From: Eledone cirrhosa
Lineage: Eukaryota
Assembly: GCA_964016885.1 (NCBI GenBank)
Contig: OZ024741.1
Location: 172,608,001-172,672,000 of the forward strand
Length of the DNA: 64,000 nucleotides
Reading direction: 5' to 3'
The notes beneath the pieces were generated by a model. It had not been told where the DNA came from. It was given only the letters and a program-made list of their open reading frames with translations, and ran no database searches. A program made the translations under genes and the position numbers. Every line of letters begins with the position of its first letter. Positions within the stretch are counted from its first letter, which is position 1. Positions 1 through 13,338 of the stretch are shown here, in pieces.

Positions 1-118
1 TTCATCCTTACGGCGTCAATAAAATAAAGTACCAGTCACAGACTGGGGTCAATTTCATCAACTTTTCCCTCCCCCCCCCAAATTGCTGGCCTTGTGCCTA
101 TATAAGAAACCATTATTT
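1..118 (+). mobile_element. tRNA-derived SINE (Meta/MESC-like central domain), 3' part
   Basis: ttcatccttacggcgtcaataaaataaagtaccag...gctggccttgtgccta matches the other SINE copies; cut by the window edge. Confidence 0.8.
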
Positions 119-124
119 TATAAA

Positions 125-276
125 GGCGGTGGATTGACAGTATCGGTAGAGGGTCGGTCGCCATGCTTTGAAACATAGAGTTATCTCCCTTTATGATCTG
201 AGTTCAAATCCCGCCGAGGTTAACTTTGCCTTTCATCCTCACGGGGTCGATAAAATAAAGTACCAGTAATGCACTG

Positions 277-278
<2 letters not shown>
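125..278 (+). mobile_element. tRNA-derived Meta-domain SINE, 3' truncated
   Basis: A-box-like ttgacagtatcgg, B-box gagttcaaatcc, domain gcctttcatcctcacggggtcgataaaataaagtaccag. Confidence 0.85.
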
Positions 279-329
<51 letters not shown>

Positions 330-802
330 ACTAGTAACCTTTTCTCATAGAAAACAAAAACTGATATAAAACTGAAGCACGAAATGGAGATTTATGAGAT
401 ACTCAAAGGCTCCTTAAACGAATTTTATTTCGGTTGATATAAAATCGTTCGTTTCAGTATATGCGTCTGTTTCGATCGATTTACAATATAACTTAATATG
501 ACCAATTGCTTCGTCTTTCAACAATAATGGACGTTCGTGCATTCCTCCAGTTTACTGGGATGGTTTAACACTGAAAAAAGATTTAGACATTAAAGAGGAA
601 TGTAAAGGTCTGAGGTGGCACAATATTATCTTATTTAAATATTGTATGTCGAAATTTTCTGGCAGTTTTATTCCCTCCCAAAAGGTTTCGTATCAACGAC
701 CTATTTACAAATGTAAAATTTTCCTCACCCTATTTATAAGTTGATTAAGATAAATTAAAACGTACTCTGTTGAGTCCATATGCGTCTTACTGACCATATA
801 TT

Positions 803-901
<99 letters not shown>

Positions 902-1899
902 GATTGCGAATCCAATTTTCTAACCACTCAGCCACACGTCTTCACCACACATATAAAATTTGTGATTTCGATACCCAGACCGGGCAATGCGTTATATCCT
1001 TGAGCAAGACACTTTATTTCATGTTTCCGACCGATAGATAGTATTAGCAATTGGAAAGACTAATGGAAACATTGTTTCCTCGGTCCGATTTGTGTGTGTG
1101 TTCTAGTCCTGTAGAAGTCATTTCTATATAAAATAAAAAATGCCTATATACATATATATATATTGGGGGAGGGAGGGGATACCTGTAGCTTTCTTGTCGG
1201 CTCTCTCACCGTAAAAAAAAAATTACCACTGTGCATATGGGAGAGTAAGAATACTCTGAATAATTTATTTCAAATCTATACTGTGATTCAGATGATGTGC
1301 TTCTATGTATTAGCTATTTCGGTTATTTAAATACAGACAATCAGTAAACATGTTTATTCACGGAACATGTCATACTGCATGGAATAGTGGTGGATTCTGA
1401 ACTACGGCAAATTCATTTTGATGAACTTAAGAGATTTTCCTAAACAACAAAATAGCCCTTTAATTTAATAGATGACTGGATTAAGACAAAAATGTGGATA
1501 TATCTAAATTTAGAACTTATATACAAAAGTGTGAGGAAATATTCCGCATGTCAAACCTTATGATTCAAGTGTACTTAATATATCTGCCACATTTAAGACA
1601 AACTTGACAAGTCTGTTTCAAAACACAAAATGAAATATCTAATGAAAGAATCCTCAACTATCAGAAAATAATTTCAATGTTTTTGTTGTTATAACATGTA
1701 AAGACAGCAGTTGAAGAAACCGCAACAGCAGACCTGTCAAATCTCCCTGTCCGACGGAGACATCTCCCACCCAATTGTAACGTTGGTGATGATGGCTAAC
1801 GATCGTTAGGTTACGGAAACAGATGCTAGGTGGGTATATATCAATGTGTGTGACGAACAGATGCGGGCGCGCGCACACACACACACACACATTGTAAAT

Positions 1900-2440
1900 C
1901 TCTTCACTTAATTGCGAAACAGTTCTACCAAAAGCTGTCTGGATGTTGATAGTTATCATAATTCGGTTTGTAATTTATCCTTTTAATTGAGTCAAGCAAG
2001 CCGTATGATCCCTAATTAGTATTTTCTTCAGCTTGGCTGTTTACGTCCCCTGTGTTTTGAACGCATATATGTATATATCTGTGTTCGTCTCTCTTTATTA
2101 TATTATATTATGGTGGATTGGCAGTATTGGTAGAGAGTCGGATGCCATGCTTTGACGTATAGAGTTACGGCCCTTGCCATTCTGAGTTCAAATCACGCCT
2201 TTCATCCTTACCGGGTCGATAAAATAAAGTACCAGTAATGCACTGGGTAATTACTGGCCTTGTTCCTAACGTAGAAACAATTATTTTAATAAAGAAACAT
2301 ATATTATATTATATTATATTATATTATATTATATTATATTATATTATAAGGCTCGGAAAATGTTTCCCTTGAGCTATTTTAATTATAGGAGACTATTGTG
2401 AGTTTTAAACACAATATATACTTTTGATAAATTCAGCTCC
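1900..2440 (+). mobile_element. Fragment of an HHR-bearing non-autonomous repeat (same family as 38513-39195), interrupted by a SINE
   Basis: 1910-2105 resembles 38985-39190 and 2350-2440 resembles 38687-38778; retains the 3' half of an HHR (gaaacagtt...agctgtc). Confidence 0.55.
2113..2285 (+). mobile_element. Meta-domain SINE with small internal deletion
   Basis: ggtggattggcagtattggtagag...gagttcaaatc...gcctttcatcc...gtagaaacaattatt. Confidence 0.85.
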
Positions 2441-2889
2441 TAAACTGTTCACCTGCCAACTGTCAGAGCTAGTGAAAATATATGCTATTTTCTAAAATAC
2501 ACAGTGACTGATCGGCCTGATTTGCATATTAGCAGACTGGCTGTTCAGTCATTCTGCATATTAGTAGATCCACTGATCAGCCAGATTTTCATATCAGCAG
2601 ACCGGCCAGTCAGTTTCATGTATACGAGCTTTGCCACATTCAAATAAAAAATATTTCGCTCTACATGGCTGAATGCGGCAAAGCCAGCAATTTATCGCTC
2701 GTATACAGGAAATTGACTGGCAAGCCTGCTGATATGCAAATCTGGCTGATCAGTGGATCTGCTAATATGCAGAACTGACTGATCAGCCAGTCTGTTAATA
2801 TGCAAATCAGGTCGATCAGTCACTGTATATTTTAGAAAATAGCATATATTTTCACTAGCTCTGACAGTTGGCAGGTGAACAGTGAGCTG
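2434..2889. repeat. Imperfect inverted repeat (arms about 190 bp) with internal ~30-bp subrepeats
   Basis: ctgttcacctgccaactgtcagagctagtg...gtatacgagc (2445-2629) is the reverse complement of gctcgtatac...ggcaggtgaacag (2697-2882). Confidence 0.9.
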
Positions 2890-2933
2890 TACTGATGAAG
2901 GGTGATACTCAGAAACATTAGTGTCTGCAGTTC
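2884..2933 (+). ncRNA. Type I hammerhead ribozyme-like motif
   Basis: gagctgta CTGATGA agggtgatactca GAAA cattagtg TC tgcagttc; stem I 8 bp with GU pairs, stem III aca/tgt, stem II weak. Confidence 0.55.
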
Positions 2934-3850
2934 TGTTTAGATGCCAACACAAGAGCAAGAATGAAGGGTTCAATCTACTGACATGGCATTAAAATTGAGG
3001 CTTGTTTGCATAATTGCAAACGAATCTAATGTTATTATTAATATTCGAAAAACTCAGATTACATTTATTGTATTCAGCCATGTGGAGCGAAAATTTTATA
3101 AACATATATATATATATATATAATACGCAGAAACAGTGAAGAGTGTCAAAGAGAGAGAGAGAGATGGGAGAGAGAAAAGGTAAGAATGAGAGAGCGAGCA
3201 AGAGAAAGAGAGAGAGAGGGAAGGTGAGAGAGAGCGAGAGAGAGCAAGTGTCCGTGTTTATGTAGTTATTATTGTTTGTTGCTTTTGGTTGTTGTTCTAT
3301 TGTGAAATAGAGACGAAATATTTGGGTGAGAGATGTCTTCTCTTGTGAAAATGGGTATAGCTTTCATTATGTAAAATCTACCCATTTTCCCTCAAGTTGT
3401 GGCACATTATTCCATGGTAATCCCTTTTGGGTTTTTAGAAGTTGACAGGTCTGCAATAGTGACATTTGTAACTAATTGAAAATTAATTCCGAGATAAAAT
3501 TCATAAATGCACAGTTCTTTAAAATATATGCAGACATATACAATATATCAGAAAATGTGATGTGTTGTATAGTCTTTTCCGGCTGCAAAGAGAATCATAG
3601 CGGTCATACCGATAACTCTTTACGTGAACAAACCATAACACATAAATAACAAATACGAAAACTTAAATTCAAATTATAAACAAATTGACGAAGGCACACA
3701 CTCCTGTCCACGTTTTCCCATTTTCCAAGGTACTTTAGTCGATTTTCTCAAGTATTATTTTATAATAGTAATCGACTATTATTATCATAGTCATTTACGT
3801 TGGGACGACACTATTTCATACACACAAACACACAGATACACGCACACACA

Positions 3851-3886
<36 letters not shown>

Positions 3887-4083
3887 AATATAAATTACCG
3901 AGAATCGTATTTCGGCTTTGGAATTAGCGAAAAACAACTTCCGAGATGTGTGGCAAGCGCTCAATAATTCTGACGAACCAGAGCTACAACATACGTTGAA
4001 AGGCCAAACACACTAAGACGATGGTTAAACCGTCATCCGCACAACCATAGGAACGACCAAGTAATATATATATACGACCAAGT

Positions 4084-4121
<38 letters not shown>

Positions 4122-4123
<2 letters not shown>

Positions 4124-4505
4124 ATAAGGAAAAGCGAAGTAGTTTCAGATGTTCAAGTCGTTTAATAATAATTGTTTCTACTTTAGGCACAAGGCCAGCA
4201 ACTACCCAGTGCCTCACTGGTACTTTATTTTATCGACCCCGTAAGGATGAAAGGCAAAGTCAACCTCGGCGGGATTTGAACTCAGATCGTAAAGGGACGT
4301 AACTATGCTAGAAAGCATGGCGTCCGACCCTCTACCGATACTACCAATCCACCTAATAATGCTGTGATATATATTTCAATGGCGACACTGGCCACACTGT
4401 TCTGAACTACTTCGACAGTGTGGCCAGTGTCGCCATTGAAATATATATCACAGCATTATTATTAAAGGACTTGAACATCTGAAACTACTTCGCTTTTCCT
4501 TATTC
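4122..4505. repeat. Palindromic (fold-back) element with a SINE inserted in its left arm
   Basis: 4122-4170 plus 4354-4400 is the reverse complement of 4415-4505; loop 4401-4414. Confidence 0.9.
4170..4354 (-). mobile_element. Meta-domain SINE, full length
   Basis: Reverse complement of the SINE consensus; flanked by a taataat duplication. Confidence 0.88.
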
Positions 4506-4557
4506 GATATTTACTCCGCCACTCCTATGTGGAAAAATTGCATCATTGTTTACCCTA

Positions 4558-4680
<123 letters not shown>

Positions 4681-4721
4681 GTTTTGCGAGGTTTTTGATA
4701 TGAAATCGTGTGTCGAAACAA

Positions 4722-5140
4722 ATATTGTTATACTTGGGGAGGGTCATATTGTTATAATAATACTGCCAGAAATAATAACAGAACACACTCACTGTTTGGT
4801 TGGTTTTTCGCTTCTGTGTCTTTTATATCAGTTAATGTATTCGGTCCTCAATGTTTACCATTGACTGACCAACGGTCAAAAATACAGATATAATATAGAC
4901 ACAAACACATATATATAGTCTAACAAAGTTCTTTCGTTGCACATCTGCAACATCGTCAGTGGTGCTATTATGTTTCCTCCTGTTGTATTGTATGTCTACG
5001 CCATCTTTATTTAATCTTTTTATTTATTTATTTATTTATTTTTGTCTTCTTCTCTGCGCATGCGTTTGCGTGTATGTATAGTGTTTGATGTGTGTTCACG
5101 TTTGGGTGACTGTGTTTTGGTTATTGTATTCTACTTTAGT
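4722..5140 (-). mobile_element. 3' UTR/terminus fragment of the PLE family at 51928-54980, with an HHR-like motif at 4922-4963
   Basis: Similar to 54680-54980; minus strand reads CTGACGA t gttgca gatg tgcaac GAAA gaac TT. Confidence 0.6.
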
Positions 5141-6353
5141 TTATTGGAACGCGGGCCGCCAACAGACCTAATCGTGGAGAAACTGCATGCGTGGACAATA
5201 TGTAAAGAAAATAAACCGAATACTCTGATGGCTGGATAATCTTTAAGATTTTCCTCGATGAAGCAGGAAAAATGCAGGTTTTCACCTAATGAGGGCCCTA
5301 GGGGATCAAGAAAATGAATTTCGGGAAAATCGGCTAGACGTAACGCCTCAAAAAAGCCCTAAAAAGCTGAAAATATGAAGACCATAAAAAAGTTAGATTT
5401 TCTTTGCTCAGAAGAGACTGACTAATACATAGTTACAAATGCACACTCTCCGCCCTATTGGTCCCGGATGGATCTGCATAGCGCACCACCGGCACCGCAA
5501 CACCAGGTGGAGCGAATGGTGGACCACCATAGAACACTGCATAACTATGAATGCATGACAGCACAAGCTGATAACAATGACAGATCCAACGTTGCCTACC
5601 TCGTAGAACACCTTAATAGCACCGCCACACCAATTTGCGGACGCCGACTCATTACAAGTAGGATTGGGTCTACAAACATATGTGTGGTTTTAAATTTTCA
5701 AACTTTTAAATTTTTGAATTGTTGATTTCCGATATTCGATTCGCGGTGTTTAATTCGCTACTTGGATGATGGAAATGATGCTGGTCTTAAGGTTAATGTC
5801 ACTCGCAGCTAATTGTAATGTTGATGTTAATTTTAATTTTAATTTAATTTTGATTTCAAGTTTTAATTTTGTCGTTCCATGCCGCTGATATACACACACA
5901 CACAACGCATGCCGCTGGCACATCACAATCATACATACACTCCACGTGCATTCCATTTATATTGTTATGCAACACATACTCTCTATATTCCATGTATACA
6001 TCAAACCCATGCACATCTCATATATACTGTAATGAAATGGATGTTACACATAACCACAATATATATAACCTGTTTGTGCACGCACGCACGGCCCACATCT
6101 ATCCACAAGCAGCGAGACCTGCATCATGCGCAGGCTCCTACCCAGTGCCTTAGACCACCAGCCCCCATGTATATCATATAAACATTTGCACTACAGCCCC
6201 CAACTACTGTATGAAACTTTAAGCACACCTCGATAATGCCCGGTCCCCCTCTGCATCCTTGTCATGTATGCATTCTCTTTTTCCAGCATTTTATTTTATT
6301 GTATTCTATCTTATTTTATTTTATTATTGTGTATTATTGGCAGTATTGGGAGA

Positions 6354-6542
6354 GGTGGATTGGCAGTATTGGGAGAGGGCCGGACGCCATGCTTTGACGT
6401 ATAGAGTTACGGCCCTTGCCATTCTGAGTTCAAATCCCGCCGAGGTTAACTTTGCCTTTCATCCTTACAGGGTCGATAAAATAAAGTACCAGTAATGCAC
6501 TGGGTAATTGCTGGCCTTGTGCCTAACGTAGAAACAATTATT
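6354..6542 (+). mobile_element. Meta-domain SINE, full length
   Basis: A box, B box gagttcaaatcc, Meta domain, tail gtagaaacaattatt. Confidence 0.88.
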
Positions 6543-7925
6543 GTATATTATTTCATTACTTTATGTTATGTACATACAGGTTTTTTTTTTTATATATGTG
6601 CCACCCACACTATATGCGATTAGTGCAGGGATATTGTGCTGCCGTAACATTTAGGCATATTGTGCAGGCACCTCGGACTCACACCGCCACGTGATCGGGT
6701 TGGGTCAAGGCCTCAAATGCGTTGTCTCATACAATGCTGTGCGCACCATCTGCGAAGCGGCGCGTGGGAAGACGGATGGGGGGGGGGGTACTCATCAACT
6801 ATATGCATCCGGTGTGGTAGTACATGGGTGTATGTATGTATGTGTGTCCATACAGACATGTATGAGCACGGGTGTGCGCATGCCTGAGTCGATGTATTTG
6901 TCTGAACATGTCTGCGTGGGGGTACGGATGACTTTCCATGGATTTTTCTTTTCTCATCTGTATATATATGTGCGGCGTCTTGGCTATGCGCGTTCCCCGG
7001 AGTCCAGTGTGTGAGTGTAGTATTGGGTGTATTTGTTGAAAACACCTTTGATATAGCCCTTCTGTTTGAAAGGCTGTTCAAGCTTTCTTTTAAGAACGTT
7101 CTTAATACAGGTCTTTTCTCTTTCTTTTTCTTTTTCTTTTTCTTTTTCTTTTTCTTATTCTTTTTGAAATATGTATGGCGGAGGGTATTCCAAGGCTGTG
7201 TCCTACAAATGTTATGCTAAATATCCCTATGATTTGTTTTTTGTTTTTTAAATTCTCGCAAAACATTATTTATGATGAATGCCGCATACAGTATAATTGC
7301 GGCTGTGTACCTGACCGATGTAGACTAAGGTGCCTAAGGGCAATGAAGACATCGAAGTGATGCCAGCCGTTCAAGATTACAGCCCCTCTCCCACCACAGT
7401 AGTAATTCTGATATATGAAGAAATTTTGATTGACAGGTGGAGAACGAGAGGAAGCAACAAGAGGGCAACCATGAGTGGCTAGAAATACTGGTGACATGTA
7501 CAATTCTTGACCACTCATGGAATGTCAACAATAGGATCTAAATCAACAAACGAAGAAATTCGATGTTAAAGGACAATAGGAAAATATGCTTCGTAGAATC
7601 GAGACGTATCCGACGACCGCGCGATTTCAGAGTCAGGTTTGATCACCTTATCGATCGTGCCTCGAGCTGGTCACCCGAGAAACAATTGTAATATATCCAA
7701 TAAATTCCTTTCGTCGCAACACTGATTCTCTTACGGCCTACCGCATACGGACGCTTTAAGCATCCAACACCAATTATATAATATATATATATGTATATAT
7801 ATAATACATATAATATATATATATATTTATATATATGTATATATATATATATATATACACATATGTATATATATATAGAGAGAGAGAGAGATTACAATAA
7901 TCAAAGTTCAGTTTAAGTCATTTAT

Positions 7926-7974
7926 TTGCTTACAATTGTTTCCTCCAAACCGAGGTTTGGATTCTTCGGAGCAA
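7926..7974 (-). ncRNA. Variant or degenerate minimal HHR (core CCGAAGA)
   Basis: Minus: ttgct CCGAAGA a tccaaac ctcg gtttgga g GAAA caattg TA agcaa. Confidence 0.45.
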
Positions 7975-8375
7975 CTATTTACTGCTCTGTAAAACAACTG
8001 ATGTTATTACATTGAGCTATTTATCTTACTGGTAATAGGATAGTAATTAATGACTATCTTTCACTATTTAAGGTTTGTATAAATAATATATTACCATTAG
8101 GTTTTATTACATACATAACCATAAATAGTATCCTTAATACTATATATATATAAAGAAAATATATTCTATATATATATATATATATTAAGTAAGTGCCGTA
8201 CTAAGAATGAGAAAGGAAATTTCGTTTCATTCTATTCCATTTATATATATATATATATATATAATATATATGTATATATATATGTATATATATATAATAT
8301 GTATATATATATATGTATTTATATCTCTCTATATCTCTCTCTCTCTCTATATATATATATATAATATATATTATA

Positions 8376-8638
8376 TATAAGTAAGTACACGTACATACAT
8401 ATATGTATACAGACGTACAGTAGTATGTATATATATATACATACATGCACACATACATATATATGTACGTATGGATTCACCGAACATTTATTATAATGCC
8501 CCGTGTGTTTGTAAACAAACATCCCGTATTAAACGGTGAATCCATACGTACATATATATATGTGTGCATGTATGTATGTATATATACATACTACTGTACG
8601 TCTGTATACATATAAGTATGTACGTGTACATACTTATA
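8376..8638. repeat. Fold-back inverted repeat of the repeat family found at 55002-55843
   Basis: Arms 8376-8482 and 8534-8638; sequence matches gtacatacatatatgtatacagacgtacagtag at 55022 and 55514. Confidence 0.8.
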
Positions 8639-8787
8639 TTTAAGTAACAGCCGTACTAAGAGTGGGACATGAAATTTGGTTTCATTTTTTCCGTTTATAT
8701 ATTATATATATATATATATATAGATATAGATATATTATATATATATTATATATATTATATATATATATTATATATATGTATATATAT

Positions 8788-8898
<111 letters not shown>

Positions 8899-9506
8899 TA
8901 TAGAGAAAATTGAGGTTGGTAATGGCACATGGAATATATAAGAGACAGAATACTTTTTTGTGAAAAAACATAATTTTATAAGGTAAGGAAATAATAAAGG
9001 GTATAAAAAATGACCGGTTTCGATGGGTCTGCAAAAGCCATCTTTTCAAATGTTGATTAATATTAAGAAAAATTAATAATACGAAGAGTTAAAATTTGAG
9101 ACTTGAAAATTCAAGTATAAAATTCATTGTGGGATTTCATAGCAGTTTTCATCTTGGTAGCAACAACAGGTTGACTGCTGTGTCCCTTTCTGGTAGTGAA
9201 TGAGAAGTTATTTGGGGTGTGGGTTATTTTATAAAGGTCAGATTTAGCAATCGCCAGCTGCTGGTCAGTGAGGAGGTGGAAGCAATATACATACACATAT
9301 CTTCCTGTGATGGGTAGGAGAGTGGAGCGTGATAGAAAGGGATTTAGTGCACTTACACCTATATATACACACATACCTTCATCCACACATACATACATAT
9401 ACATATACATATATATATATATATATATACATATACACACATACATACACACACACATACATATACATACACACATACACACACACACATATATATATAT
9501 ACACAT

Positions 9507-9561
<55 letters not shown>

Positions 9562-9592
9562 TATATATACATACACATACATCCAGATGCAC

Positions 9593-9635
<43 letters not shown>

Positions 9636-9638
9636 CAC

Positions 9639-9679
<41 letters not shown>

Positions 9680-10280
9680 AACACACCCCCACACATACAT
9701 ACACACACACACACATATATATATATATACATACACACATACAAACATACACACACACATATATATACACACACATACACACACATATATATACACACAC
9801 ACACACGCATATATATATATATATATACACATACGCATACATCCAGATACCCACATACATACACACACACGCACACACAATACATACATCCACATGCACA
9901 CACATACACACACACACACACATACACATACATACACCCACACACAGAGAAATGGCCTTCAAATATATATATATATATATACATACAGACACATATATTT
10001 TTTCCATAATATAAGAAGTTGGGGCAGTGAAATTAAAATACAAGTCATTCTGATCACATTGAGTTCTTCATGTAGATTGGGCCCCGCAACCGACAGTGGT
10101 GAATTCTGTGTGCGCATATATATATAGATATATGTGTGTGCACGTGCAGGGTTTAACATGGATGTGTTGGTCACACAAAGGCATGGTCTGTCAATGAATA
10201 AACCTGATTCTACAGAATTGGTCTCTGGTCTTTAATAGTAGTGATTCCGTGCGTATGTGTGTTTATATTTTATGACAATT

Positions 10281-11417
10281 CTATTGGGGTGATAACCCGT
10301 TTAGTTTTGGTTTAAATTTGTTAAGGAATAGATTTTCTTTGTTTATTCTTTGTTGCTGTGTGAACGAATCTGAGCACTTGTAGAAGGGGAAGATTTTAAA
10401 GTTGGGTAGTGTCATTCCTGCGCAGTTCGCAATATGGCTGCTCAAGGGGATTTTTCTTGTGTTAGCGTCCCGGATTTGTTGGCGGTGGATGGTCATTCTT
10501 TTGCGTAATGAGGTGCCCGTCTGTCCTATGTAGTTGTGTTTGCACCCACCGCAAGTTATTGCGTAAATCAAGTTCTCCGAGTTGCAGGTGAAATTGTTTT
10601 TTACTGTAAATGTTTGGCCATCTTTGAATGTAAATGTTTGTCCTTCAGTGAGGTAGAGGCACGTTCCACAGTTTGTTCTACCACATTTGGTAACTGTAGG
10701 GTTGAGGATTGGTTTGGGTATATTTGGTCCAGTGAGAATGCGTTTAAGTGATTTGGGTTGTCTTTTACTTTTAAGGATCTTGTGTGTTTCAAGAATAGAC
10801 TTCATTTTTACATCTTTAAGTAGGATGGGGAGGTTTTTGTGTAGGTGATCAAACATTTCGGTATTTCTGGGGTTGAAAGTGGATACATATGGCAGGGTGT
10901 TGAGTGTGGTTTTCTGTTTTGGATTGTTAAGTTGATGGGGATTTAGGTGTTTTGCCCTGTCTATTCCATTGTCGATTATTTCAAGTGGAAAGGCTCTTAA
11001 GATAAGGGTGTCTTTTAGTTCCTTTAGTCTTTGCTCCCGTTTAGGTGGATCTGATACTATGGTACATATACGTTTGGCCAAATTGTAAGGAATGTTAAGT
11101 TTTGTATGTTTTGGGTGACTTGATGTGAAAAAGAGGTATTGCTTGGAATCTGTGGGTTTATAGAATATATCTGTATCTAATTTCCCGTCTATTACAGAGA
11201 TGAGAATATCCAAGAAGGCTAATTCCTTAGGATTGGATTCCATTGTGAATTGTATGTTATTATCTATGTTGTTTATCATGTTTTTAAACGTAGTAAGTGA
11301 GTTCATGTCTTCTTGCCATAGGATAAAGCAGTCGTCTAGATATCTTTTCCAATTGGCTTTGAGGTGTGTGTGGAAAGAGTCTCCAAATAAGAGAAGGGAC
11401 TGACTGTATATTTGTTG
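10281..11417 (-). CDS. PLE RT C-terminus plus GIY-YIG endonuclease, 5'-truncated (inverted copy)
   Basis: Same translation as the + copy. Confidence 0.88.
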   Translation of the reverse strand, partial: QQIYSQSLLLFGDSFHTHLKANWKRYLDDCFILWQEDMNSLTTFKNMINNIDNNIQFTMESNPKELAFLDILISVIDGKLDTDIFYKPTDSKQYLFFTSSHPKHTKLNIPYNLAKRICTIVSDPPKREQRLKELKDTLILRAFPLEIIDNGIDRAKHLNPHQLNNPKQKTTLNTLPYVSTFNPRNTEMFDHLHKNLPILLKDVKMKSILETHKILKSKRQPKSLKRILTGPNIPKPILNPTVTKCGRTNCGTCLYLTEGQTFTFKDGQTFTVKNNFTCNSENLIYAITCGGCKHNYIGQTGTSLRKRMTIHRQQIRDANTRKIPLSSHIANCAGMTLPNFKIFPFYKCSDSFTQQQRINKENLFLNKFKPKLNGLSPQ

Positions 11418-11427
11418 TTCATGGAAT

Positions 11428-12564
11428 CAACAAATATACAGTCAGTCCCTTCTCTTATTTGGAGACTCTTTCCACACACACCTCAAAGCCAATTGGAAAA
11501 GATATCTAGACGACTGCTTTATCCTATGGCAAGAAGACATGAACTCACTTACTACGTTTAAAAACATGATAAACAACATAGATAATAACATACAATTCAC
11601 AATGGAATCCAATCCTAAGGAATTAGCCTTCTTGGATATTCTCATCTCTGTAATAGACGGGAAATTAGATACAGATATATTCTATAAACCCACAGATTCC
11701 AAGCAATACCTCTTTTTCACATCAAGTCACCCAAAACATACAAAACTTAACATTCCTTACAATTTGGCCAAACGTATATGTACCATAGTATCAGATCCAC
11801 CTAAACGGGAGCAAAGACTAAAGGAACTAAAAGACACCCTTATCTTAAGAGCCTTTCCACTTGAAATAATCGACAATGGAATAGACAGGGCAAAACACCT
11901 AAATCCCCATCAACTTAACAATCCAAAACAGAAAACCACACTCAACACCCTGCCATATGTATCCACTTTCAACCCCAGAAATACCGAAATGTTTGATCAC
12001 CTACACAAAAACCTCCCCATCCTACTTAAAGATGTAAAAATGAAGTCTATTCTTGAAACACACAAGATCCTTAAAAGTAAAAGACAACCCAAATCACTTA
12101 AACGCATTCTCACTGGACCAAATATACCCAAACCAATCCTCAACCCTACAGTTACCAAATGTGGTAGAACAAACTGTGGAACGTGCCTCTACCTCACTGA
12201 AGGACAAACATTTACATTCAAAGATGGCCAAACATTTACAGTAAAAAACAATTTCACCTGCAACTCGGAGAACTTGATTTACGCAATAACTTGCGGTGGG
12301 TGCAAACACAACTACATAGGACAGACGGGCACCTCATTACGCAAAAGAATGACCATCCACCGCCAACAAATCCGGGACGCTAACACAAGAAAAATCCCCT
12401 TGAGCAGCCATATTGCGAACTGCGCAGGAATGACACTACCCAACTTTAAAATCTTCCCCTTCTACAAGTGCTCAGATTCGTTCACACAGCAACAAAGAAT
12501 AAACAAAGAAAATCTATTCCTTAACAAATTTAAACCAAAACTAAACGGGTTATCACCCCAATAG
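11428..12564 (+). CDS. Penelope-like retroelement ORF, 5'-truncated: RT YLDD motif, thumb, Zn-knuckle, GIY-YIG endonuclease
   Basis: In frame upstream of Met 11539: WKRYLDDCFILW; then FLDI, YKPTD, SSHP, CxxxxCxxC, LIYAITCxxC...YIGQT, PKLN. Confidence 0.9.
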   Translation, partial: QQIYSQSLLLFGDSFHTHLKANWKRYLDDCFILWQEDMNSLTTFKNMINNIDNNIQFTMESNPKELAFLDILISVIDGKLDTDIFYKPTDSKQYLFFTSSHPKHTKLNIPYNLAKRICTIVSDPPKREQRLKELKDTLILRAFPLEIIDNGIDRAKHLNPHQLNNPKQKTTLNTLPYVSTFNPRNTEMFDHLHKNLPILLKDVKMKSILETHKILKSKRQPKSLKRILTGPNIPKPILNPTVTKCGRTNCGTCLYLTEGQTFTFKDGQTFTVKNNFTCNSENLIYAITCGGCKHNYIGQTGTSLRKRMTIHRQQIRDANTRKIPLSSHIANCAGMTLPNFKIFPFYKCSDSFTQQQRINKENLFLNKFKPKLNGLSPQ

Positions 12565-13165
12565 AATTGTCATAAAATATAAACACACATACGCACGGAA
12601 TCACTACTATTAAAGACCAGAGACCAATTCTGTAGAATCAGGTTTATTCATTGACAGACCATGCCTTTGTGTGACCAACACATCCATGTTAAACCCTGCA
12701 CGTGCACACACATATATCTATATATATATGCGCACACAGAATTCACCACTGTCGGTTGCGGGGCCCAATCTACATGAAGAACTCAATGTGATCAGAATGA
12801 CTTGTATTTTAATTTCACTGCCCCAACTTCTTATATTATGGAAAAAATATATGTGTCTGTATGTATATATATATATATATATTTGAAGGCCATTTCTCTG
12901 TGTGTGGGTGTATGTATGTGTATGTGTGTGTGTGTGTGTATGTGTGTGCATGTGGATGTATGTATTGTGTGTGCGTGTGTGTGTATGTATGTGGGTATCT
13001 GGATGTATGCGTATGTGTATATATATATATATATATGCGTGTGTGTGTGTGTATATATATGTGTGTGTATGTGTGTGTATATATATGTGTGTGTGTATGT
13101 TTGTATGTGTGTATGTATATATATATATATGTGTGTGTGTGTGTATGTATGTGTGGGGGTGTGTT

Positions 13166-13204
<39 letters not shown>

Positions 13205-13209
13205 GTGTG

Positions 13210-13252
<43 letters not shown>

Positions 13253-13283
13253 GTGCATCTGGATGTATGTGTATGTATATATA

Positions 13284-13338
<55 letters not shown>

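Noticed and set aside
3968-4006. ctgacga...gaaa motif
   Set aside because: Stems II and III and the NUH site do not form
5400-7530. GC-richer patches with short ORFs
   Set aside because: No recognisable domains; probably old repeat remnants that cannot be assigned by eye
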